The notes: generated by a model not told the origin, from the letters alone. A DNA stretch of 64,000 bases from Candidatus Omnitrophota bacterium (GCA_049643885.1 JBARQV010000033.1:75229-139228), one strand, 5' to 3'. Shown: positions 27,001-29,461, numbered from the stretch's first letter. Made by a program: numbers and translations.

Positions 27001-27807
27001 TCGATCTTATCAGGGACTTTACCGGAAGAAACGTTAGAGCCCGCTCACGCGCCGCCTATGGCAGTGCTTCCCGCCCGGGATAAACTGCCGGAAGCCCGGC
27101 CGGAAGTAACTGTTGAAGAGCCCGGGGAAATGGTCCTTGAAGCGGAACTACAGGAAAACATCTCGCCGCTGGACGGGATAATCACGAGGATCCTGCCGGA
27201 CCTTGTGATCGCGCTGCAGACGCTTAGCTACAGAGCCCAGGAGAAGGGGACAGTGGTCATCGCTATCGATGACAGTCTGGGGTCCGGCTGGACGCAGAAA
27301 AAGATCCAGGCGATAAGAAAAACACTTTCGTTCCTGGCAAGGAGGAACGACGAGCTTGCCAAGTTCCTGAACAGGGTCGAGATCCGGCATGCGGATGGTG
27401 TTGAACTTGCCGGAAAACTCAAGATGCTGGAGAAAAACGGTAAGGCCAGCAAAGAAGACATGATAATCATAACCTCGGAAGAGAACCGCAAATATTACGG
27501 GGATTTTGAAGGCGTTTCCACCATGACATGCGTCAATGACAAGCAGATAAACGGTGAGGTATATTTTCCTTTCGTAGAGATAGTACTTTATACTCTTGCC
27601 CGGGCCCTGGCGAACAGAGGCGTCGCGGTTTACGGGAAAGACGTTGTCAAACGCTATTACAGCCTGATATCCAACATGGAACTTGTCGATGACGGCAGTA
27701 TTTACGGGCCGACAGTTGTCATCAGGCTTATACCCGGCGCTACGCCCATAACCGCCGACAGAGAACTTTATGAAAAAATAGCCAGGTTCATCACCACCGC
27801 CGCATAA
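1..27807 (+). CDS. Giant multidomain membrane signalling protein (>=9219 aa, 5'-partial): Ser/Thr kinase + 2xPAS + GGDEF + PBS-lyase/HEAT-like repeat array + PPP-family phosphatase, >=12 TM clusters
   Basis: Single stop-free frame from nt 1 to TAA at 27805-27807. The first in-frame start codon is TTG at 148, but no stop lies upstream in this frame, so the ORF almost certainly continues past the 5' window edge. Domain motifs read directly from the translation are listed as sub-features. Antisense ORFs across this span are shadow ORFs. Confidence 0.9.
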   Translation, partial: VEKVDEKSERFSLKPDRKRTAKLIERLIKKGKKTFVEYTIAERKEIAKALARDYGLKGADLKLFNRSILTESKPEVERWKSGSALITIISLIMLVLAPSRRALAMPEISGAVFTAGNYLGAIGILAGLGAILAVLGILTWRAKRKAIDGKTTARVKKFGAKIVAEEIPYEKLKICHDYDGVFLVTDPKAHFDHQYRLFNYIAFFEPEDKPGVESRRLIFVLQKALELIENLCMNSENETAKEIYSALHKGLIRHDRMVVRVAENLPQTAVLYKRGEVTVLVLKKDLVDEAYVKGHVVGEEDWEVTLWPLCERLNHELGHTDIFRNGPKRSDEECDSVYRDYLLLKLISETKPEFKENVDIYMKRLGEKYGSSFYYGFLNGLLREEKDKKLTGDQVKTEIREFVRENFNDLDADKKAFPFFRGRKKSVTEVSRLAFEEVKKYKHPVTHYSDIRNALKEHHGIDLQDKKYKKVRIDLVKYFANVDALNTIVNFSEYGFLPRKYDEDRQEVIEVAKICAGHDGFAVALHYRKLGLDPERSVDERRATVEIAKICAMQDAEGTIRQFKNFGLGLTEEQEKEFCLDAERASVQTLVQGFAGGKDLRALASATVLMKAVDVAFGQLDFSGLAIGTQAYVKLLLLDKVIKEGEISDEFLLYLRDKVVPSLRVLENLTKNYPTLGMEQGIYKYDFMDRDSFDLGVKLVNFVSRVQGVRQPWWSRSRQDPTASQVRMPPTTYPIFILMIRKMLKMGIISSVAYSTAVAGEHMEEAPFVLTMSYHSAYDYDQYMEINGKKVLKKGEKMPERIAAGEEESHAEKKEKEKKKKIKPQVQGVWQGKTQDPWKGTKLGADDAKTRGTQTKYFHSLVPKDVKAVEKDLERTFLLATAASASLGTYGLEDAELRKAYKSLKDEVKGFLMSRLGLPEKDVEKWLSPDPEKMDVVGDYGNKETGEMLEKIAQKFLMVTGDRSKLMSSGAGGTAVASDVDEMDLGSGYVDRPALYQEFQDIIEKHTKRMFTQMFPGEAGKVLRMGLAEQFEQIDPESVRITALQMCYDADPGRRKRALNQVQAAYPDDYAKIMAAERKSAGSKSVKKHRHKGDKGIGANFDGMIHQGPESEVEFNSRLKDIRSRSIADRYMDRIKKLLKDFVDRADISVRQRNALEEELSNFQKGTYKVYGFNSIVMNSENDFYLGLNDIKKMELFIATDLLSELDELGQKFGDEYLLHELICPVLGHYPAIRAQQGFFTGNYPDEEAKKKQTYKKPYKGLLGVALRNFLEGTEQTIDDFFEYYPLDVKKQGRRVVDPLPPAEIMKQVSEQNWLWMLDEGGRTHKSVVPVSQDTVKGRIRKFRDGLGPVIIEKKLPGVFEKVKIGGNIPLDPGTPFRIFVSGSYFWCKRPLDDLEMDVIVDGYCPLSGPHELELSEDEMKTLFSGLDVKTQPLKIKVNVFGTEQLECAAGDRKIKDLEALRKGKKDEEAEREVLRKAELCEKLIRLPHEAIQLLGRRVDFEELGETRAENILNLYGLDKERVTRSKWLGPKKESRDKKESRDWTVVRMRGVLEYIVKYYNVFEGAINPHKRSEKLIHFISLNRHLPGPTDTIVKSFRKSLFEYIENGELLEERYRFLRPLGAGGMAAVYRAFDTKAKRTVAVKIISDQLSLDPKSVVRFLREARKLSGLRHEGIVSVYDHFDTVDSGQFYTMEAINGVPLNEHFAGKDYNEKELVKVFLNLARGVAYAHSRGIIHRDLKPGNIFVRRNGQTIILDFGLAKYGSDAKDQESGLTMHDELLGTPAYMPREQFSGLFVGVDKELYGFLEINYEDPALKKLEYMKDIETFGNIMYEMATGHVPYPGDTTWAVLWQRVAGVRKPRDHRPEISPDLEAVILKGMSWDPRDRYTAEHLINELQRIYEGRHSKEYADMLKKQRRGFLYKQIPWVAMLAISFFVLPGFWGNLLKLPVLQAFDRGIGVLMMTIGAFVGLRKPLKLALKGIKWVLQKVFGLRIQVEVKRKPDLIQADKDKEEKGVSLPWLMVLQLVPVTLAVVMVFFNILWGFCSWALIGILSAVPFGVFVDKFVARLEKALGKKEEKDESVRRMLAQQAAVAADPGSDSDFDVDPADYSGSADSVPRPPDGGAIGKLFGAEGRQVKEGIIAKERNEFLEFHDNGRKEVLRTKDGREARFKVMGSYKDPDSGQIVKIIEDNEHIRGFANKENLYLSESLVKSLMPTYREIATYHELRHNYYARHPEELPIGINAHTFLRGCGKEVREMVKKALKKNDLKEYFTAEEIISYLGEKLSIARQNPVEIALIRYNEEVLGEKGIELLYGEQDRKFGARANDDFSRELQRQSQIITSSKLPPKTYVPGIVGITLGVFSWLLISFASAYLLKGSFIGSIFSSDVPLLVTKGMISAAFIVSGLVSQHFINLYRGYYRYKELFDDSPVAFHTLDKDFRITGVNKRWCELLGYTEKEVRKHEIFEFIYVDPSDEVDAEKQIRNARERAVARMEGKTVPDKIGYGPYRKYRTKNGKPVIVETRDTTLRDTQNRPTGIQTSFVDVTEAVEAVESLEKERGLLKSITSNTPDFIFVKDTKSRLVFSNDAHFKALGAASFEEVRGSTDFGHFPDELARKYYDDEQGVMKSGIPLIGEEERFIDSSGSERWLSTTKVPLRDSGGEIIGIVGISRDITELRNLQIKDPRTGAYDRKFLLKDEFRARWSMSVERAKHTVSVLMCDLDHFKRFNEAPYDHDTGDLVLRAVVRRIAKELRDGDILVRHGGEEFLVILFNTDAEETGVVANRILSSVRGLFISDEKRGDIDDITISIGGAELTDEEQIQVGIVNKQLAKLVKKKDIGEEELAEATEKLAPLWKRADLALVHRAKREGRDRYVFSEPNHETEKREDAGKDPGSTTLSCIAMTPLLPVILGLNDIATCLTLVAVLAVLFYSIVHFASSESASSGGEGSEEHLISILDSFDLEASCQAAIQLGNIGGEKAAEALLGGRLVNLEPTYKAYKTEALGNIAASHNLSPETAKRISDLLFVMLNDGDKDVQRAAADALEAIGEAKKDDMCILYAYLYDPIGKMKHEGVLERIEMGLLTSRLIGALNLGSKVQGSAVNVLSRVADPQVVEALIDQLTNEDANFRVAVIKALRDIGKRLSERVNNAKARGRKPDPNEEATKGRVTEVLFFCSENDPDTRVREAAARSLGLVGGPEISQRLSGMLKKKDSWQVKEAAIESLGKTGDARGATAIFAIMGEGGVPHGAYLTCLRALGEISHSLRRLLTRNLPPDMEKRIRGYLKAINSNLVKGLEDERMDIRAVAAETLLIKCDVSELKDIISDPEKVLRAHVIINQKEEQALPTAAGITQEMAIEFTTKAIVEKKWSKLAELGQHAAPALLKALNDPVAFFRQKAAETLQVVRHPLTIAPLWERLFIEKSNDVSYAIAQAILAMGGENAEKELKKFIEEHPDPAIWKVTTLYLMGETKKASTMIKKLLEENDQEIIQKFLEDRLEKGFPKEEKEPLKKLIDMGVTIHFDILADQGSSKTARIDALRFLGKYGAEKQVDGLVTASKSNDMEIVKEAGTALASINERQVRKKIPTYLEVLADPGASSRARVEAADFLGEYGGPAERKALVNAAGGMDFKVTKAITMAISKIDKRHGGKKKGSHGFAFLPFAIPQNFSELIEIIKESPVWCGAIALGALAVFAGLILFLRFVYHRLRPVVWNLKRIGSKNPAKRKAAAAALGELAPFKEKEIEEVISALEETTRDKVSAVRMAAAEAIGKIGKEAENAIPDLVRLVIEDEDPQVRITAAKSLGETGLMGIFALAEKLKDEDAAVRLSAAKAFGNVDPKTPKIEHIFVNLEGTLEDPDKDVRDAGMNAFSSLDALTPERKVKRYIADLGDGQHVGVRDEAMRQLDELDAVTIGLRVKKYMFDLEDDNAEVRKSGAEKLGKLGVYARGLGRKIRGTDEEFREMLNELKKAAPILVQMLQKDEGAGIRAAAAAALGDIGPVTFEVVPALVKAVKDPEAKVRESAILALCKFPAATPNMTNAIIGAAGDKNEGVRAAAARFFGGVKPASDRVISVLVKLSGDPDENVRRDARTVLEKLEKPQAAVPSLIEIAKDEEKDLDTRVAAILGLGEITPVTTEAINNLVSFIRAAAGREAVHQKATDRELAGRNIIVGRSSTHETAVLSKSEEEKTHREEFIAGEEFDGKDEFHREVVEKSQTREHDSRRIAYEEAAAREAYLRESETRETSLRKSAEREAAIRETAVEALVKIGPSAKPIFMQLLADDEEYVREAGAHAIAKISPDAVQELISIICATDTDTKSKNFGRDYYFRRYAAKELVKIGPEAVFALMENLESRDPRSRKAVESALGIIGEEPVIEAAVHVFAAKGPEVIPVLVNLAKSEHYHIRLFMARAIRKVGPEAISALAEELNSGKDSDLSHAADALGEVGPDAALAADRLEKLLENEMWWVRNSAFGALKKIGALTLERKKKKFRKDSEDKHSLAYRLSGKKALEELEFREMLGGLGGFVPVFLAQGTLGNYIRTLISKLEELEAANPTAFWVIAGAAGILLTAGVILAARRALRPKRKRYLRMATGEILAERVKGIKGLAELRDRKDLAGLCEALKNDDSPEVREAAAEAIGMFSEAGNTMDVRDVLESALMDPVKSVRATALEAILNIGIGPRAAAEALTVALSESNPLDVREDAAVYLGALGESHRDDVDTIEAIATGLALAMKDENTSIRRAVMRSFNRLAHPRVVGFLAIMLSEDADADIRCEAAEALARTDSPYAVIPLTEAMIGDADSTVRKAATRAVADICAQIKGAPIVKDKVVPVFVEALGDRDKEVRKRVALEFPSIAAPDVLEQVLGPDYQEILEGYTLAAKGELENIGSKGMPALTAALKDNDSSVREAAARRLGELDLSKLIPHVAEALEDPDESVRESAVRVLGDFGDRRAIGLLNQAFYNARTGSSVHAAVREALKKSLMKFVSSLDMDGDKPDKGTTQILFMAVKSDDSSLHEAAAKHIARLDPLEALSSLEKHLTHEGPSVRSVAVNLYKERALKYLSSGPVPSAAPRIVRVLADAGVKDEDTVSRLKTAVLSILDTQPETMVIIDLVAALKGNYDPVFDAVMERIERSDFSQLFPHLVNATSSPKEDIRHGAVLILGRFREEKVIALLERIIGREDPGSLVHITAMETLEWSLIDLICAHPDSPDTERYKGLLFAYGNEDTVKKLRSRLADLKEELSPGLLKILDELQKALHKKIDPGLETFGSFMLLPLASASMYGGAHYLMIFLAYVLYGAVIAGVGVATYMYLLKRYCPDEYRYLTDRWDDLKVGSSLRKQLWQQLRQEEGWKGVLKLEWPRFKASMRRSGRWIVLRFSLIVSYFNRGSSSLQARVRLRAIRELVEYLLTDENYVVRRKAIERIGDQAGLLDKDVSLGDDFIRVLLDEKIIRSPESTVRIAAVKALDKLSRGWKNWLGMPDSLRDPMIGELETSLSDKEPEVRKVAWKVLRDLNEEDEGLIRALTEALKSDDVSVRRDAIAMIMKVKENEGAIKPLLERLTDPNRQVRLDAAGTVCNLTHKIAETQEEAAAVERVKDILMNNDEVARDAEFREIAVNILGNIGYISPVRLLKVTLLDESWRVRRNSAEALGRIAKCLIKTPMGQDIAEVGYIITYLTEALNDKNRLVRKAAADTLLSMDYPAMVKAGIVPSQFEQAKLDRILRGYIFAADKKWEDLGWLGEDAVPALIGELNDEHDPARQKAARSLGDMAIPDPVLNNNAVEALLKRLAGEDDPYVHAVYIHALGKLGDTRALEPLRNILLSDERPFMRMVSIEALGILGSQLEENSIEKGFIYKTLIARLYIDKGTPLISPMVWTLSKMGGPNVVELLITTLKGKNPEGENGPDCMAAVTVLGNLAGEIKKDREPKERTIKTLLPFLSSGNAELRDAAANVLSSLGTTDERLAMGYAEALKSKYSAARKNAAYVLGVLAYSLGPDAVERKEVIKALLEILAGDPDMDARMAAFYSVNKLEATYKQQARAYIKQVHNENMEIRRHAVKSLASYAGILKSPRAVAYALMEAMADPEADIRQTAAEGLRKRTESFDDPEPETVLYSNLYHGNIDAVVAAGKGNVDFLIEVLDSGPKTRKSAIQALGGICQTLSRDPEDVPVREKIVSVLNEVETQTDQDTIYREHAVYELSQIAPAESIPNMIDALKDANDYIRQTAAITLGNIGDAKTVEPLIEAYEAEGQQAQIRREIVHALAKIGGGKAVNAVVKALKDGAIGVRKVAARDLGTIAAKTGNVKAMVYSSLFSGEENWIIRILVGKQIIHGLIDILEKGELPVRLDAMEHLKERAIDFAEDVLFSGEADPATLKCWKILNDELIRTLQDHKRIKDEIEAMQEAEKTAKGVQEIKETKEEEIKKQMGRIAEDTLKEINEMFKENAEAKERLEKALAEKPQEIGNIRDEAMVLYDAMDSGPEVGENAKNIMCQMLSTLKRIPKYRGVLFEFRRDLITCLAVVFKSDSKMMRDSMAELFKDVDDGMAQFYRELYVAEKTDWIIEKIKSESRERRAVTYLFLISSLNICPEIQKTAASILSRTIQYFRRDPVCISRIFSSLVELFEKGQDGDARAAAASSLGEIMLYLESAPEARNALEKEIKEELERFIAVSGDPQEDGKVRAAAAETLGHISPVLKRYPEIKDSAKKVLIDTIRDEEDNTVRAGLAKGLGRLGDPKAIPVLLYVYGLLEEFKKKADDVGSRGAIMLALGQTGSCLKEPLRDEIKEILLGIDVPKKEKGTWEQEVKGLGKSVDTGAIRFLKEILETEENESVKASANKAIKQIEAALKENKRFIDIVIAMLHKGLKDAEVSVRENAVEGLGQICLRMPDIGRKETPFLLRAMRDKDRYVRGAGAKVLRQSGASALVEKAYPEREVLLAYEIVAKKAPSIGGTFTATHLGVAAGLISAREIDRKAFLEQELIALGSNSIPALKDVFEERQLDDPFILTAANVFAIIEDPKTIPIMVKGFPYVNEMGQLGIIGALASLGSKGAVKFMSKTILSSANSKMRAMAALELITRAECDDKEKILGSFFGPTCDNILMAYTSAEQVRENGGQSISLKAIIKSKEEALTKAREAKRRAAIWEKTRELAAEQGKLDRAEKGLKENTARLIVLGEDAVPALIPQLKEEREAIMRIVVEILSKIGSTKAIIPLSRVLPKVKNPEIQLLAIETLEKLGSSLLQTRAEEDAKSKGKIPRALREVWKFIAGIFTGIFHETGSFLEWIPKGKKPKDPKKTAFLSKKRIVYWGRSLRWRIVDKINNAGRSLKRDPLRVEADMLIGTLTSKDEKALDLASGALDNLRIPLRKIINGEIKAFNESPHPTARKFAAELLCDYALTEGAGRWAKFRIRNLLFRGLSDENLDVIEASHKSLIKLGVAPERIARAEISAFSNPHAKARKFAVEFLSRYITPKKSEEAGEAEDGKKSEEKLERKIIAILFDASRDIDAGVRRSASNALGKLGLTGEHRIEDLKEICGRSGAKSGKAARALVYSLYDPYGEVVEFAMEKLKSPTAKKAVPYLAAVLSDESAPFVRLAAATILGDIGDTKAIESLRKRLSDSDVKVRRTAYESLALLDEPKGLIEALVRLLVKTPELDEKVRNDALAFLGEIASNMGREAQEVQDGINMLVKASSETVMEMPLYSAVIEAMNQLGASQEQFITVINGALNSFDGNVRQAAAEHLAGINAPSVEREGRTEEHREAQDQEVQDQGTVELGGFAFMPFVLAAGELRTGVLLWIAIVSIILPVVWAIVLRHQIKQWWGKSGRPGLSAAWTWIKEWRPYRVKLWFWNAMSHAAQPSFRAAAIRRLGIYRGKVDAKRCDLIDRRLMACLFDNRFPGGIVEAMEILKNIGNEQMARSLVVILHGEEEASTRQAAVEILSEIVKAGKIKDPAFQRSAKETMFLLLRDDPDTDVRAEASVAARHLGATNDQIIEAYILALKSKHAEARKVAVMNLAGLGAKHAKAKILRLISGEEDDEVLNAAVDAVRKLGASEEEIGAARLRSIASEMSEHFGESWIAKGEPSAEEQPKVAAEAITKAQPAASAEKAAVEQAQKAPPREGRGFSAWLAGTWLGRFGLWIGRKVKIQWMLIMPMSGQPKKRIAAVRYLAKYGVKREKILKIITKYMGDPDLDVAAAVMEVLSKPENKEAVPFLIGALADKDHMVRLRAVASLGALGAKEAIRSLLGCLADENEKVRAIAYRVLTASLNAPDEFLVPKLVSLTKHRDAGIRKDAIKFLGKRASVLGKDSSDVQKAINDLSVRCYNRKLSGDEYNTVVEAFHVLPITRDQLVSAMLAAIGSSDENVCVAALNVLGDYGTSFKARDAIVQIIQKEEPSSRKHQAAQVALSKITARETGRADDHDIFDQGENGSTTLHSFDLFAMGTMLAALSSVHWTILSFIVISILGGLVTYFILAWKKAFVRDAPDKYAAAKPERPEVRFMGTESQTIKAFRAKARRAKDTATTLMSVYWETGSIADSHGNVARVKQLVKALVKRGAKRIVLLGDYIDRDVRSRELLEYVKWLMDGTAPELEGNKIEIVPLMGNHELMFIYAMLGNHLAFDWWVDNGGDKTLERFGITREMVFRELMAEGEVPSGQETKKRMYEKALKNTELRELANWMRMNFRLSYLDERKVLYLHAGINVNDRGLPDLRYGNKHNLEALEKMQEDLRSAEKKEDIKKIFSELSDDSSPLFLREVLYGEGLVPWYEYIARKGTADEFCRKLGVSAIVVGHDPQEGEAVNVGNRIFVTDILMQKQYFQDVKRDHDTGTRPLNAAELEATLAASERGRGGFLLIGIQGIVAGVVKFAVELSREHRMSRPRGKEDKDVVGTSLLVSRKQLNTFVAECLQLRRKKDAQKQTRARRKAAKKNEKKKGRSGLKGGRALGILLFLTFISKSAFGFEPEGLFNNAIIYSPEAAAVFALSAAVIFVIGMYAAAFVVTGGLALIGLTIGGIGKGASILSGTLPEETLEPAHAPPMAVLPARDKLPEARPEVTVEEPGEMVLEAELQENISPLDGIITRILPDLVIALQTLSYRAQEKGTVVIAIDDSLGSGWTQKKIQAIRKTLSFLARRNDELAKFLNRVEIRHADGVELAGKLKMLEKNGKASKEDMIIITSEENRKYYGDFEGVSTMTCVNDKQINGEVYFPFVEIVLYTLARALANRGVAVYGKDVVKRYYSLISNMELVDDGSIYGPTVVIRLIPGATPITADRELYEKIARFITTAA
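943..957 (+). other. HExxH motif (HELGH) in the N-terminal unknown region of the giant protein; possible zincin-like metallopeptidase signature
   Basis: Codons cac gag ctt ggg cat. An isolated motif is weak evidence on its own. Confidence 0.2.
4843..5700 (+). other. Hanks-type Ser/Thr protein kinase domain within the giant ORF
   Basis: Gly-rich loop LGAGGMAAVY, VAVK lysine, catalytic loop HRDLKPGN (5206-5229), DFG (5266-5274) and GTPAYMPRE. All catalytic residues are present. Confidence 0.85.
7276..7650 (+). other. PAS domain 1 within the giant ORF
   Basis: FHTLDKDFRITGVNKRWCELLGYTEKEVRKHEIFEFIYVDPSD is PAS-like, and it follows a TM pair at about 7050-7230. Confidence 0.6.
7690..8030 (+). 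other. PAS domain 2 within the giant ORF
   Basis: ITSNTPDFIFVKDTKSRLVFSNDAHFKALG ... GEIIGIVGISRDITE is a typical PAS fold ending (IxGxxxDITE). Confidence 0.65.
8050..8625 (+). other. GGDEF diguanylate cyclase domain (GGEEF variant, RxxD I-site present)
   Basis: The domain begins RTGAYDRKFL. It carries DLDHFKRFN, an I-site-like RDGD five residues before GGEEF (8281-8295), and LRAVVRRI. Confidence 0.8.
8880..25230 (+). other. PBS-lyase/HEAT-like repeat super-array (about 5.4 k aa) interrupted by TM hairpins and E/R-rich or coiled-coil linkers
   Basis: Repeat units of about 31 aa of the form xxVRxxAAxALGxIG(D/G)xxA(V/I)xxL occur throughout, e.g. DSSVREAAARRLGELD...DESVRESAVRVLGDFGDRRAIGLL. 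Hydrophobic TM clusters sit at about 10960-11100, 13640-13720, 15790-15930, 23280-23420, 24320-24420 and 25270-25390. An E/R-rich linker lies at 12430-12780 and a coiled-coil-like EK-rich segment at 19130-19350. Confidence 0.8.
25517..26400 (+). other. PPP-family (calcineurin-like) Ser/Thr phosphoprotein phosphatase domain within the giant ORF
   Basis: IADSHGN is a GDxHG variant, GDYIDRD (25642-25662) is a GDxxDRG variant, and GNHE lies at 25758-25769. A later VVGHD completes the set. A basic juxtamembrane stretch and 2-3 TM helices follow at 26650-27000. Confidence 0.75.
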
Positions 27808-27871
27808 AACCCGTCTCTTAACAAACATTTTAAACGTTCATTAGATGTTTGATCTATCTGAATGCTGAAAA

Positions 27872-27965
27872 GGCCCGGGGGTGTATTCCGTGCTCAGACA
27901 GTCCAAAAAAAAGCGACCTAAAATCGCTTTTTTTTGGAAACTCGCACTGAACACACCCCCGGGCC
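27872..27965. terminator. Nested palindrome 3' of the giant gene, with an intrinsic-terminator-like core
   Basis: Outer GC clamp GGCCCGGGGGTGT (27872-27884) pairs with ACACCCCCGGGCC (27953-27965). It encloses A8-GCGA-cctaaaa-TCGC-T8 (27905-27935), which reads as a terminator hairpin on either strand. Confidence 0.4.
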
Positions 27966-28062
27966 TTTCCGTAACCCTGACAGGTCAAACCTCGCTCGTC
28001 CTCTGTCTTCATGGATCCGGCACAATGAAACCCTTTGCAGCGATAGTTTTAATCCGGACGTA

Positions 28063-28149
28063 AAGTTGCACAGTGCAGTATGTTCCCGTACAGGGAGGAT
28101 CCACGCCGGGCGGAGGGGCCCTGGTAGGGAGCATACTGCACTGTGAACT
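28063..28149 (+). repeat. GC-core hairpin repeat, copy A (family 1)
   Basis: aagttgcacagtgcagtatgttccc GTACAGGGAGGATCCACGCCGGGCGGAGGGGCCCTGGTA gggagcatactgcactgtgaactt. The imperfect stem is about 19-24 bp and the only non-Watson-Crick pair is a G-U wobble on the plus strand. The core matches copy B (35720-35797) and the reverse complement of copies C and D (55556-55729). Confidence 0.85.
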
Positions 28150-28237
28150 TTGCATATTTTTGCCTACGGCCTCGCCCGGGATGACATATTATTTATCTGT
28201 CTTCTGTTATCTGTCCACTGTCTTCTAAACCTCGTGC

Positions 28238-28266
28238 TTGAAGTGTACCCTACAAGCATGTATAAT
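28238..28266 (+). promoter_or_regulatory. sigma70-like promoter candidate for cinA (TTGAAG-17-TATAAT); would give a leaderless or near-leaderless mRNA
   Basis: TTGAAG at 28238-28243, a 17-nt spacer, and TATAAT at 28261-28266. The cinA ATG at 28274 is only 8 nt downstream. Confidence 0.35.
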
Positions 28267-28273
28267 ACCTTTT

Positions 28274-28750
28274 ATGAAAAAAGATGATCTGCCTGAATTT
28301 CTTATCGGCGAAGCGCTTAGAGAAAAGTGCCGGACCCTGGCTATCGCCGAGTCATGTACCGGGGGGTATATTTCTCACCGGATAAGCAATATTCCCGGGA
28401 GTTCCGATTATTTTAAGGGAGGGGTGGTAGCCTATTCTAATGACATTAAGACTTTTCTTCTTTATGTATCGCATAAGATCATAAAAAAACACGGTGCGGT
28501 TTCAAGTCAGGTAGCTAAGGCCATGGCCAAAGGGGCCAGGGAAGCGCTGTGCGCCGATTACGCCGTTTCTATTACCGGGATCACCGGCCCGGCGGGAGGA
28601 AGCCCCGAAAAACCGGTCGGTCTAGCATACATGGCTTTCGCCTCGACTGAAGGGGTGAAGACTAAGAAAGTCCAGTTCGAAGGTAACCGGCAATTTCTTA
28701 AGAGTCAGTTTGCTGATGCGGTCTTGCAGCTTATTTTGAATAATATATGA
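28274..28750 (+). CDS. cinA: CinA C-terminal domain protein (PncC-like nicotinamide-nucleotide amidohydrolase)
   Basis: LAIAESCTGGYISHRI..GSSDYFKGGVVAYSN..LGV is the CinA_C signature. The ORF-track frame runs 28238..28750 and I prefer the ATG at 28274 (MKKDDLPEF). Confidence 0.85.
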   Translation: MKKDDLPEFLIGEALREKCRTLAIAESCTGGYISHRISNIPGSSDYFKGGVVAYSNDIKTFLLYVSHKIIKKHGAVSSQVAKAMAKGAREALCADYAVSITGITGPAGGSPEKPVGLAYMAFASTEGVKTKKVQFEGNRQFLKSQFADAVLQLILNNI

Positions 28751-29322
28751 ACGAGTCCAAAAAGATAAGAAGTTTCATCGCTCTTGAGCTTTCACAGGAA
28801 GCCAGGGCAGAGCTTTCCCGGGTCGAAAATATACTCAAGAGATCCGGAGCCAACGTTAAATGGGTCAGGCCCGAGTCCATCCACGTTACTCTCAAATTTC
28901 TCGGCTATATCACCGAAGACAAGGTCGATCCCATCTCAAAAAAGCTGGAAGAGATCGCCTCACAGACCTCGCCGTTCGATATCGTTTTGAGCGGTATCGG
29001 GGCATTCCCGGGATGGAGCCATGCCAGGGTCGTATGGGTGGGTATAAGTGAAGGAGCTGAACAGGTCAAGACCATTGCGGGCCTGGTGGAAAAGGCCATG
29101 GCCGAAGAGGGATTTGAGGAAGAGAACAGGCCGTTCAAATCACATCTTACTATAGGCAGGGTAAGGTCTTCCAAGGAAAAAGAGGCCCTCGCAAAAGATG
29201 CTGAAGCTATAGAGGTAAAACCTGTTTCAAACCATATCTCGAGGATAATACTTTTTAGATCGGAGCTTACCCCTGAAGGAGCCATCTACACCCCACTTCA
29301 TATCGCTGAGTTTAGCGTATAG
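28747..29322 (+). CDS. thpR: RNA 2',3'-cyclic phosphodiesterase / 2'-5' RNA ligase (2H family)
   Basis: Two HxT motifs are present: HVTLKFLG and HLTIGRV. The start overlaps the cinA stop (ATGA). Confidence 0.8.
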   Translation: MNESKKIRSFIALELSQEARAELSRVENILKRSGANVKWVRPESIHVTLKFLGYITEDKVDPISKKLEEIASQTSPFDIVLSGIGAFPGWSHARVVWVGISEGAEQVKTIAGLVEKAMAEEGFEEENRPFKSHLTIGRVRSSKEKEALAKDAEAIEVKPVSNHISRIILFRSELTPEGAIYTPLHIAEFSV

Positions 29323-29432
29323 CGGACAGCATATAGAAATGGAAGAAAATCCAGATTGCAGTTGTCTATAGGTATGGGCTTCCGAAAGCATTCTATACGC
29401 TATATGCTAGGTATGCTAGTTTCAAAAATTCT

Positions 29433-29461
29433 TTGCAAAAAAAGGAGGCTATAAGTATAAT
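29433..29461 (+). promoter_or_regulatory. sigma70-like promoter candidate upstream of recA (TTGCAA-17-TATAAT)
   Basis: TTGCAA at 29433-29438, a 17-nt spacer, and TATAAT at 29456-29461 in an AT-rich gap. A GGAGGG RBS sits at about 29502 before the ATG at 29512. Confidence 0.45.

Noticed and set aside
28175-28188. The 11-mer GGGATGACATAT shared with 57003-57016
   Set aside because: Exact 11-mer sharing is expected by chance many times in a 64-kb window, and the surrounding sequence is not similar.
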